A DNA stretch of 12,256 bases from a virus: IMG/VR virus record IMGVR_UViG_3300045988_009231, positions 1 through 12,256 of that record; one strand, given 5' to 3'. Position 1 is the first letter of the stretch; each line of letters starts with the position of its first letter. The notes beneath the pieces are model-generated. The model was not told the origin of the DNA. It did not search any database and worked only from the letters and a program-made list of their open reading frames with translations. The position numbers and the translations under genes are program-made. Of this stretch, positions 5,323-11,784 are shown one piece after another.

Positions 5323-6330
5323 TTAAGTTTCTTCTTTTTCTTCTTTTTCTTCTGTTTCAGAAGTTTCTTTGGTTTCTTCTGTTTCAGAAGTTTCTTCTGT
5401 TTCGGTCGTTTCTTTGGTTTCAGGTGTTTCTTCTGTTTCCTCAGTTTCAACCTTTTCTACGTCCTTAGACAAAGCCAAGAAGTTTTCATGTTCCAACTTC
5501 CAAGAAGAATTTAAGTCAACCCTGATGTCAGTACCGAACATGTCATTCACCTGTGCGAGTGCTTCACGTCTGCTGTTGAGCATGTTTTCAACGTATGGCA
5601 AAAGCACGTCCACATTCATGGAAACCTCACCGAGATTCAGGCGTTCACGCTTCATATTGTAGTTGGCGTTCAAGCCAAGTTCGTTTAGCATTGAAGCCCT
5701 GTAGTACTGCACCAATTCAACAAGCTGTGTGATGTACTGGCTGTTTGAAACGTTTGCGGTCTGCATCGAAACACCCTTGAAGAAACTGTTTTCACCGATG
5801 ACTGAGAAATCACCATTCAGAATCTTTTTCAGGAACTCGTCTGCACTCTGTTTGGTCTTGTCGTCAGAAGCACTTATCAGCATAGTGATTCTTGTCAGAA
5901 TTGAAGCTGTGTTCAACGAAATAAGACCATCTGTGTAAAGAACCGCATATTTGCCTATGATAGGCAACAGGCTTTGACCGTTGGTGTCGTTTTCCATAAG
6001 AACGCAATCAGAACCGATTCTGAATGTCTTGTTCAACTTCAACCAAGGATTTGCCACGATGTAATCAAGTGGTCGTCCGTATGCGTCCTGTTCACCACCT
6101 GTAGAACCGCCAAGGGCGTACAGGGCATCGCCTACCTTTGCTATGGCACAGTTACCGGATTCCTGTAACAGGCGTTCAAGTTCCACCTGTGGAATCGTTT
6201 CAGGCAGACCGTCATACTTGAACATCGACTGAGTGATAGCCAGAGTATGCTCCATAAAAGACGTTACAGCTACGTCCTTTGTCTTCACCTGTGCCTGATA
6301 TTTACTGTATATGTTATCTAACTTCTTCAT
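5323..6330 (-). CDS. Portal / connector protein, phi29 gp10-like (335 aa), with a polyacidic C-terminal tail
   Basis: MFKYDGLPETIP...LERLL, NDTNGQSLLPII and especially LNELGLNANYNMKRERLNLGEV parallel the phi29 gp10 segments LFEWENLPPTIN, NDMAFPTTPTLE and [20 protein letters not shown] as I recall them. The size is close to gp10 (309 aa). The last ~44 aa are almost entirely E/T/K. Confidence 0.85.
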   Translation of the reverse strand: MKKLDNIYSKYQAQVKTKDVAVTSFMEHTLAITQSMFKYDGLPETIPQVELERLLQESGNCAIAKVGDALYALGGSTGGEQDAYGRPLDYIVANPWLKLNKTFRIGSDCVLMENDTNGQSLLPIIGKYAVLYTDGLISLNTASILTRITMLISASDDKTKQSADEFLKKILNGDFSVIGENSFFKGVSMQTANVSNSQYITQLVELVQYYRASMLNELGLNANYNMKRERLNLGEVSMNVDVLLPYVENMLNSRREALAQVNDMFGTDIRVDLNSSWKLEHENFLALSKDVEKVETEETEETPETKETTETEETSETEETKETSETEEKEEKEET

Positions 6331-6521
6331 TTTACCAAAGTTTTAATTAATGTGCAAAGTTCCGTCAAAACTTTCGTGTTTGCTTCGACTGTTGCATTTA
6401 ACTTGTCAGTCTCTTCTTTGTGCTTGTCTTCCTGTTTAATCATAAAATAAAACAGGGCGACACAGACAGCTATCGGAAAGCCAACGTTGCTGATTAATGA
6501 TGTAACTTCGTCCATATTCAT
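6327..6521 (-). CDS. Small single-pass membrane protein (64 aa), YvrJ-like; holin or lysis-accessory candidate
   Basis: The track's 83-aa version starts at a GTG (6578) upstream of the promoter -7 box. The ATG at 6521 (MNMDEVTSLISNVGFPIAVCVALFYFMIKQED...) fits better. It has one hydrophobic helix followed by a charged helical tail. The LISNVGFPIAV motif resembles the YvrJ family as I recall it. An ATGA overlap joins it to the portal start. Confidence 0.6.
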   Translation of the reverse strand: MNMDEVTSLISNVGFPIAVCVALFYFMIKQEDKHKEETDKLNATVEANTKVLTELCTLIKTLVK

Positions 6522-6545
6522 AAATATATTATTTTTAAATTTTTG

Positions 6546-6572
6546 CAAAGATACGAATAAATATTCGTATCT
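6546..6572 (-). promoter_or_regulatory. Internal promoter -7 box (TATCTTTG) embedded in a 24-bp palindrome (candidate operator)
   Basis: The minus strand carries TATCTTTG (plus-strand CAAAGATA, 6546..6553), matching the Bacteroidota -7 consensus TAnnTTTG. AGATACGAATA-AA-TATTCGTATCT (6549..6572) has 11-bp perfect arms. There is no TTTG at the -33 position. The box lies 25 nt upstream of the ATG at 6521. Confidence 0.55.
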
Positions 6573-6586
6573 CCGCACGATTTACA

Positions 6587-7708
6587 TTATTTAACACTTA
6601 AAATGTTATTCTTTGTACTTGTCATAATATAATTACGAACAATTTCACCGATTTCGTTGCTCTGATAGAACACCTTGTCGGTCACAAAGAAGCGTGAAAC
6701 CTTTGCTTCAAGTTCGGTTGCAGAACTTATCAGCTTTCGCTTGTAGTTCGGTCGTCCGTTCATCGTAAGCGAATAAATCAGGCTGTTTTCTGTGTCCTTG
6801 ATAGGTGTCGTCTTTGCGTGAATGTAGGTGAAGCACTCATCGTCAACCTGAATGATGTTTGCCTGTAAGACCGTACCGTTGAACTCTATGAAGTAAGTAA
6901 ACAGAACGTCTTTCGGCTTGTACTTACGTGGTAAGTGAGGGTAAGCTGCCAACTCCCATTTACCGCCCGTAATCATCTGCAAAGCCTCATTCCCGAAACA
7001 GAAGTACTTGTTTGACGGCTTTTCCTTTTCCAAGGTGTCGCAATACTCAACCGCCACCGTTGCACCGTCTTCACCGAAACGATACAGGTCGATGTTTCCC
7101 TGTGGCATGTTCTGAATGTTGTCAAGTCCCATTTCACCAAAGTAAGGACAGAACTTGTTCACAGTATTGCCAAGCATGAAGACCCTGACGTTTGAACGGT
7201 TTCTGATGATAGTACTTAGAACGTTCATAAACAGCATAAACTCATCAGGCAAGTAATAACGTCTTGTGATAAACTCATCGAACACCACCGTAGTTATCAT
7301 CGGGTAGCTTGTTGACTTATCGTGTTCCTGTTCTGAAAGACAGAAGCCATAACAGAACGGCTTATCGTCAGGGAATCGTTTTCCCTTGTCACGGTCGTAG
7401 TAAGACAAGAACCATTTACCCGAAAGATAGAAAACTTCGTTGTACTTACCTTTCGTTACCTGAGAAACGAAACCGTTTGCAACATGCCCTGAAAACAGGG
7501 ATTCTGCACGTTTTCCCCTCAAGTCTTCACGCCATCTTCTGACGTATGCACTCTGTTCGCCTGTTTCAACGTAGTTGATAATCATGTAAGCCAAACAGGC
7601 ATAAGTCTTACCGTTTGAACGTTCACCGAAAATGATATTGTAATCGGCATTCTTTTCCAAGATTCCAGATAAACTGTAATACTTTGGTTTTTTACTTTTT
7701 CCAAACAT
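6587..7708 (-). CDS. DNA encapsidation (packaging) ATPase, phi29 gp16-like (373 aa)
   Basis: Walker A is GERSNGKT and Walker B is TVVFDEF. NIIFGERSNGKTYA...GEQSAYVRRW and VVFDEFITRR...IIRNRSNVRVFMLGNTV parallel the gp16 segments FVIGARGIGKSYA...GEQFIYVRRY and IVFDEFIREK...VFRNRERVRCICLSNAV as I recall them. Confidence 0.9.
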   Translation of the reverse strand: MFGKSKKPKYYSLSGILEKNADYNIIFGERSNGKTYACLAYMIINYVETGEQSAYVRRWREDLRGKRAESLFSGHVANGFVSQVTKGKYNEVFYLSGKWFLSYYDRDKGKRFPDDKPFCYGFCLSEQEHDKSTSYPMITTVVFDEFITRRYYLPDEFMLFMNVLSTIIRNRSNVRVFMLGNTVNKFCPYFGEMGLDNIQNMPQGNIDLYRFGEDGATVAVEYCDTLEKEKPSNKYFCFGNEALQMITGGKWELAAYPHLPRKYKPKDVLFTYFIEFNGTVLQANIIQVDDECFTYIHAKTTPIKDTENSLIYSLTMNGRPNYKRKLISSATELEAKVSRFFVTDKVFYQSNEIGEIVRNYIMTSTKNNILSVK

Positions 7709-7713
7709 AACTA

Positions 7714-9906
7714 TTAATCTTTAAATTTAATACCCATTAAAAAGTTCAAATACATAACAGACAACGAAAGTGAATAACCTGTTGCTTCAAGATGCACGCC
7801 TGACAGTTCGTGGAACTCACAGGCTTCACCAAGGTAATCAGTCAACACTCCCTGTTGCTCATAGTCGATGTAGGTGTGAATGTTCTTGCCTGTCGCCTGT
7901 GGCGGTATAGACAAATAGTTGGTAAACGCTTCAAAGATTCCGTCCTGTCCGTAAGTTTCAAGAAGCCACGGAACTGCACTTTTCTTGTTCACACCGCTAA
8001 CCGTAAGAGATACCGGGTAACTTTTACCGCCAACGGTCAAAGCGTCTTCTTCCTCAACCATATATCGCTTTGCGCCAAGGGTCTTGAATCGGCTATAGAC
8101 ACCCTCAAAGTCCCAAACACCCATCAGCTTGTTTACACCTTTGATGGTCTTAGGCTCAAACAGTTCAAAGGAAATTTTATGATGCTTTGCAGCCTGTCTG
8201 AGTTTATATTCCACCATATTGTTGTATTCCTTGAAGTACTGTTCGTGTGCCTGTCCGTTCTTCAACTTCACTGAATCGGTGTCCGAATAGATGTAATCGT
8301 CACCACATTCATAGATGCCTGTAAACAAGTTTCTTCTTGCATAAGCGGTTACGAAGACACCCCAAGGGTAAAACAGGAATCGGTTACGGCTGTCGTTGTA
8401 CTTGACAAGTGTTTCGTTTATCTCATCGGCTGTCAGGTGCGAAACGTCCCAATCACCGTTATACGTAAATTCGTCACGCAAAGGATTCGTCACACACATG
8501 CCATAACAGCTATTCAGCATTTCCTTACTGTTTAGATATTCCACTTCCTTACCTTTCACACCTTTCAAAGTTGTCTTGTTGGCGTACAGGTGAAGAATAG
8601 ACTTCACGAACTCTGTTGGCAAATACGCTTTCTTGTAACACCACATGTCAACCACTTTTTCTTCTTCCCAAGTGTAGAACATCTTGAAGACGTTATAGTC
8701 AACGTTTGTGATAGTCGTCACTACCCTGTCAGCAGAAAAGACCCTACCGTTGTTTTCCACCACGTTTTCCTTGTAGAAGCACTTTGAAACAGACAAGGGC
8801 GTGTCCTGTACCTGACAACTCATTATCTTTGTAAATTCGATGTCGAAGACGCAACAGTAAGCAGACAGGAAAAACTCAAATTGCTTCTTGCTTTTCACTT
8901 TAACATGCACGCCCGAACTCATCGGAAACTGTTCTGCAACCATCACATAAGGGTAACTGCTTGTGAAGTCATAACTGCTCACATTTTCGATTACATCGTC
9001 TGTGTGATTCGCATTCGCATGTGTGAAGCCACCACTAAAAGCCCTTTGAAGCGTGTTGAACTCATCAGCACCACTTATGTTCAAATCGTGAATCGTGTTT
9101 ATGTAAGACCAATTCTGCACGGTCTTCCCGAACTCGTCTTCACAGTACAGACAATGTTTACGGCAGTACTTCCTGACGAAACCTGTCTTTGTAATCGGTA
9201 AATGCGTTATGCCCTTATAACGTTCTATCATTTCCTGAATATAGCACATCACCACTTTTACGTCATTCAGGCAATAGCCCATTTCTTTTTCCGTCAGGGG
9301 TGTTTTACTGTGTCGCAACAGGGAATAGTCCAAGTCACCGACCATCTTTTCGCATTTATACTTCATAAGTTGACCGCCCAACTTAGCCAAGGAATAACCT
9401 GACAACAGGTAGCTACACCGGAACTCTATACCGGATTCCGTTATTGCGTAAATCGGTTTTCTCAGGTCTATTGAAAATACCTTGTTCCACGTGAAACGGT
9501 TTCTGATAAACTGAAACTCATAGGACAGGTTGTGAACGTAAACTATCAAACGTCTGTCTTCTGACAACTGTAGGTAATCAGAAATCGTTTCCATCATTTC
9601 GGTAAACTCTTCCCATGTACGACCGACTATACAGTAACCGTTTATGCCAAATTGCCAAACATACATACAGGAACACTTTTCCAACTTCACACCCAGTTTC
9701 ACATACTGCTCATAAGACAGGTAATTGTCGCCACACTTGTAGAAAGAAGACGTTTCTATGTCAAAGCATACAGGAATATCAAAGAACTTTTGTTTCTTGT
9801 TATTCCCACGTAAACAGGAATCGTCAACCGCCATGTCAAGAACTGCTGTTATGTCTTTTGGTGAATAGACTTCATCGTGCAAACAAAAATTCTTCTTCTT
9901 TTTCAT
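7714..9906 (-). CDS. Protein-primed family B DNA polymerase (730 aa)
   Basis: Motifs present: Exo I FDIETSS; Exo II HNLSYEFQF; Exo III YCLNDVKVV; motif A YDFTSSYPYVM; motif B KEMLNSCYGM; motif C IYSDTDSVKL; and KxY as GAKRYMV. Motif order and spacing match phi29-type polymerases. The genome has ITRs and an adjacent upstream terminal-protein candidate. Confidence 0.95.
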   Translation of the reverse strand: MKKKKNFCLHDEVYSPKDITAVLDMAVDDSCLRGNNKKQKFFDIPVCFDIETSSFYKCGDNYLSYEQYVKLGVKLEKCSCMYVWQFGINGYCIVGRTWEEFTEMMETISDYLQLSEDRRLIVYVHNLSYEFQFIRNRFTWNKVFSIDLRKPIYAITESGIEFRCSYLLSGYSLAKLGGQLMKYKCEKMVGDLDYSLLRHSKTPLTEKEMGYCLNDVKVVMCYIQEMIERYKGITHLPITKTGFVRKYCRKHCLYCEDEFGKTVQNWSYINTIHDLNISGADEFNTLQRAFSGGFTHANANHTDDVIENVSSYDFTSSYPYVMVAEQFPMSSGVHVKVKSKKQFEFFLSAYCCVFDIEFTKIMSCQVQDTPLSVSKCFYKENVVENNGRVFSADRVVTTITNVDYNVFKMFYTWEEEKVVDMWCYKKAYLPTEFVKSILHLYANKTTLKGVKGKEVEYLNSKEMLNSCYGMCVTNPLRDEFTYNGDWDVSHLTADEINETLVKYNDSRNRFLFYPWGVFVTAYARRNLFTGIYECGDDYIYSDTDSVKLKNGQAHEQYFKEYNNMVEYKLRQAAKHHKISFELFEPKTIKGVNKLMGVWDFEGVYSRFKTLGAKRYMVEEEDALTVGGKSYPVSLTVSGVNKKSAVPWLLETYGQDGIFEAFTNYLSIPPQATGKNIHTYIDYEQQGVLTDYLGEACEFHELSGVHLEATGYSLSLSVMYLNFLMGIKFKD

Positions 9907-10541
9907 TATAGACCAAATTTCTTTAAAGTGCTCATTATTCCGCTTTTAATGCTGTTGGCATAGTCCAACACATTCTGTGCGTCTTTTTCCAAGTCCTGTT
10001 CTATCGCCTGTTCCAACCTTGCAGCGTCTGTTTCTATTTGGTCTGAAACGTCTGCGGCTTCTGTTTCAAGCTCACCTGTGAAGTCCTTGTATCTCATCAG
10101 GTATTGTTCCACGAAGTTTTCATCAGACACAGACAAGAACTTGTCCTGAATCTTCTGTGCCATCAGGTCGAACTCGTCTTCTGTCAGGTCGTAGGCATCC
10201 ATCAGGTGCTTGTTATACTCTCGCACACCTGTGGCGGTCGATGTAGGCTGTCGCAAGAATCCGACTGCCTTTGCATATTCTGCTTTCAGGTCTTCCCAAC
10301 TGTGCTTCATCGAAAACTTTGTGAAGCCTTTGATGTCGCCCTTGTTCAACGCCATAACTGCTGGCGATACAAGACCCTTTGATTCGATGTTCTGAATACG
10401 TCTGTTAGCCTGTTGAAAGATTCTTCTTATCTCAGCTTTGTACTCAGGTGAAGCCATCTTTGCTTCAATGATTCTTTGCTTAATAACCGCTTTGTTGAAA
10501 GAAAACGTTCTTCCACTAAAGCCTATCGGATTCATTCCCAT
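9906..10541 (-). CDS. Terminal protein candidate (211 aa)
   Basis: It lies immediately upstream of the polymerase and is translationally coupled to it (TAATG overlap at 9904..9908), as gene 3 and gene 2 are arranged in phi29. KAEIRRIFQQANRRIQNIESKGL resembles the phi29 terminal-protein N-terminus KAEYARLVKNTKAKIARTKKKYG as I recall it. The C-terminal half is acidic and Ser-containing (FLSVSDENFVEQY). Confidence 0.55.
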   Translation of the reverse strand: MGMNPIGFSGRTFSFNKAVIKQRIIEAKMASPEYKAEIRRIFQQANRRIQNIESKGLVSPAVMALNKGDIKGFTKFSMKHSWEDLKAEYAKAVGFLRQPTSTATGVREYNKHLMDAYDLTEDEFDLMAQKIQDKFLSVSDENFVEQYLMRYKDFTGELETEAADVSDQIETDAARLEQAIEQDLEKDAQNVLDYANSIKSGIMSTLKKFGL

Positions 10542-10547
10542 AACTTC

Positions 10548-10587
10548 TTAAAATTAAAGGGCACACCTAAAAGAATAAGTGCGCCCT
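10548..10587 (-). terminator. Intrinsic terminator / attenuator between the 117-aa early gene and the replication genes
   Basis: The minus-strand RNA is AGGGCGCAC-UUAUUCUUUUAG-GUGUGCCCU followed by UUAAUUUUAAG. The stem is 9 bp with one G-U pair. It lies 17 nt after the 117-aa ORF stop. The U-tract is interrupted, so termination is probably partial. Confidence 0.65.
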
Positions 10588-10603
10588 ATGTGTGAAACTT
10601 CAA

Positions 10604-10957
10604 TTACTTGTTGATGTCAACGAAGTTGATGCCGTAGCATGTCTTTGCGTGTGACTCGTAAGTGTAGATGGTGTAACCTACCTTGCCGTCCTTGATAGCC
10701 TGTACGGCTTCACCGTTGGCAAGAATCTCACGGAATGTCTCGCCAAGATGCTTTGGCATGTTTACCAACTTCTTTGCCTGTACGTCAATCACTACAGGTG
10801 AATCACCCAGAGCCGAACCGTGAACGTACAAACCGTTGATAGGGTGAATCTCGTCAGGTGAAGAAGCCTTTGCTACGTCTGACAACTTGATGTACTCGTA
10901 ATCTTTGGTATCAATACCGAAAGAAGTCTTGTTGAATGTGTTACTGAAACTAAACAT
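10604..10957 (-). CDS. Early protein (117 aa), function unknown; candidate SSB or DNA-binding replication accessory
   Basis: Clean ATG ORF with composition like the other genes. It is followed by its own terminator and sits directly upstream of the terminal-protein and polymerase genes. I recognised no motif, so the function is purely positional inference. Confidence 0.6.
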   Translation of the reverse strand: MFSFSNTFNKTSFGIDTKDYEYIKLSDVAKASSPDEIHPINGLYVHGSALGDSPVVIDVQAKKLVNMPKHLGETFREILANGEAVQAIKDGKVGYTIYTYESHAKTCYGINFVDINK

Positions 10958-10997
10958 AATTGATAAAATTTAAATGTTAAACTTATTATAAACTGTA

Positions 10998-11156
10998 TTA
11001 CTTTTCTGATTCGATTCGGTCAATTAACCACTTTCTGAATCTGTTCACCTTGATAACGGCTTTGTCATCGCTGCACATTTCTTTGGTCTGCAACAGACCG
11101 TTTAATGCAGTCAAAGCGTTAAACAGGTTTTCCTGATAGTCGTTTCTGTCTTCCAT
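10998..11156 (-). CDS. Small early protein (52 aa), not in the supplied ORF track
   Basis: My hand translation of the minus strand is MEDRNDYQENLFNALTALNGLLQTKEMCSDDKAVIKVNRFRKWLIDRIESEK*. Its ATG overlaps the TGA of the upstream 65-aa ORF (TGATG at 11154..11158). It fills an otherwise empty 198-bp gap in a genome with almost no intergenic space. Confidence 0.6.
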   Translation of the reverse strand: MEDRNDYQENLFNALTALNGLLQTKEMCSDDKAVIKVNRFRKWLIDRIESEK

Positions 11157-11353
11157 CACTTCTGAATTTTAATGTAACCACTGTGATTTACCACCGTGGT
11201 GTCTGTTGTTACTATTACCGTGCGTCCCTGTGCGTCAACACTATGTGAAGTCTTGCAAGAACCAAAGACGCATAAAACTACAAAACTGATAATCGTCCAA
11301 AGGACAACTGCACAGGTGGATTCAACCACCTCAACTTTTTCTTTCTTACTCAT
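11156..11353 (-). CDS. Small membrane-anchored protein or lipoprotein (65 aa)
   Basis: The sequence is MSKKEKVEVVEST-CAVVLWTIISFVVLCVFGS-C-KTSH.... It has a 19-aa hydrophobic stretch ending in a lipobox-like FGS|C, followed by a short Thr/Val-rich beta-type ectodomain. Its ATG lies 8 nt inside the upstream ORF. Confidence 0.6.
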   Translation of the reverse strand: MSKKEKVEVVESTCAVVLWTIISFVVLCVFGSCKTSHSVDAQGRTVIVTTDTTVVNHSGYIKIQK

Positions 11354-11675
11354 CGCGGTACTTACTTTTGTGTTCGATAAACTTAGCCATCAGTCTGTTT
11401 TCTGACAAGAAGTCAAGAACAATCTGAAACTCTTTCTGTAACTGTTCCAACAACAGGTCGTCTTTCTTGTCCTGTATCAGAACCTCAGCAACAACATGTC
11501 TTGCATCGAAGACCGTATCGTTTACTGCATTCAGCAAATCTTTCTGCTCATCGGTCAAGTCCTTGCCGATAAAGTCCATGTCGTTGCAAGATTTGCATAA
11601 ACTCTGAAACACCGTCAAAAGTGCCTTTTCTTTGTTTTCTCTGTCCATATTGCCTAATTTTAAATTAAACTTCAT
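11346..11675 (-). CDS. First early protein (109 aa from the ATG at 11675), acidic and helical, function unknown
   Basis: The track starts this ORF at a TTG (11693) that lies inside the promoter -7 box. The first ATG downstream of the box is at 11675 (MKFNLKLGNMDRENKE...), and an alternative ATG is at 11648. Net charge is about -5. Confidence 0.6.
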   Translation of the reverse strand: MKFNLKLGNMDRENKEKALLTVFQSLCKSCNDMDFIGKDLTDEQKDLLNAVNDTVFDARHVVAEVLIQDKKDDLLLEQLQKEFQIVLDFLSENRLMAKFIEHKSKYRDE

Positions 11676-11690
11676 TTCTGAATCACGCTG

Positions 11691-11722
11691 CAAAGATACG
11701 GCGATTTTTTGAACCCACCAAA
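11691..11722 (-). promoter_or_regulatory. Early promoter, Bacteroidota type (TTTG-N20-TATCTTTG)
   Basis: The minus strand carries TTTG (11722..11719), a 20-nt spacer, then TATCTTTG (11698..11691). This matches the published Bacteroides consensus of -33 TTTG / -7 TAnnTTTG with a 19-21 nt spacer. It sits in the only unique non-coding segment upstream of the first gene, with an A-rich tract further upstream. Confidence 0.7.
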
Positions 11723-11758
11723 TTATTTTTGTTAAAATATCTTAATTGGCGATTTTTT
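11700..11758. repeat. Direct repeat GGCGATTTTTT x2 in the early control region
   Basis: GGCGATTTTTT occurs at 11700..11710, within the spacer of the early promoter, and at 11748..11758, a 48-bp offset. Confidence 0.7.
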
Positions 11759-11784
11759 CTTTTTTTCTCAGTTTTTGCGCTTTT

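Noticed and set aside
6522-6578. N-terminal extensions offered by the ORF track: the 83-aa version of the membrane protein, the 115-aa version of the first early gene (11676..11693), and the 189-aa version of the 187-aa gene (5311..5316).
   Set aside because: These versions start at GTG or TTG codons. In two cases they would begin inside or upstream of the -7 promoter box. The first in-frame ATG downstream was preferred.
10958-10997. Weak -7-like boxes: TAAGTTTA upstream of the 117-aa gene, and TAATTTTA at about 10549..10556 upstream of the terminal-protein candidate.
   Set aside because: Each matches only 7 of 8 positions of TAnnTTTG and lacks the final G. Neither has a -33 TTTG. The second is only 7 nt from the ATG. 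In such A/T-rich spacers these matches are expected by chance.
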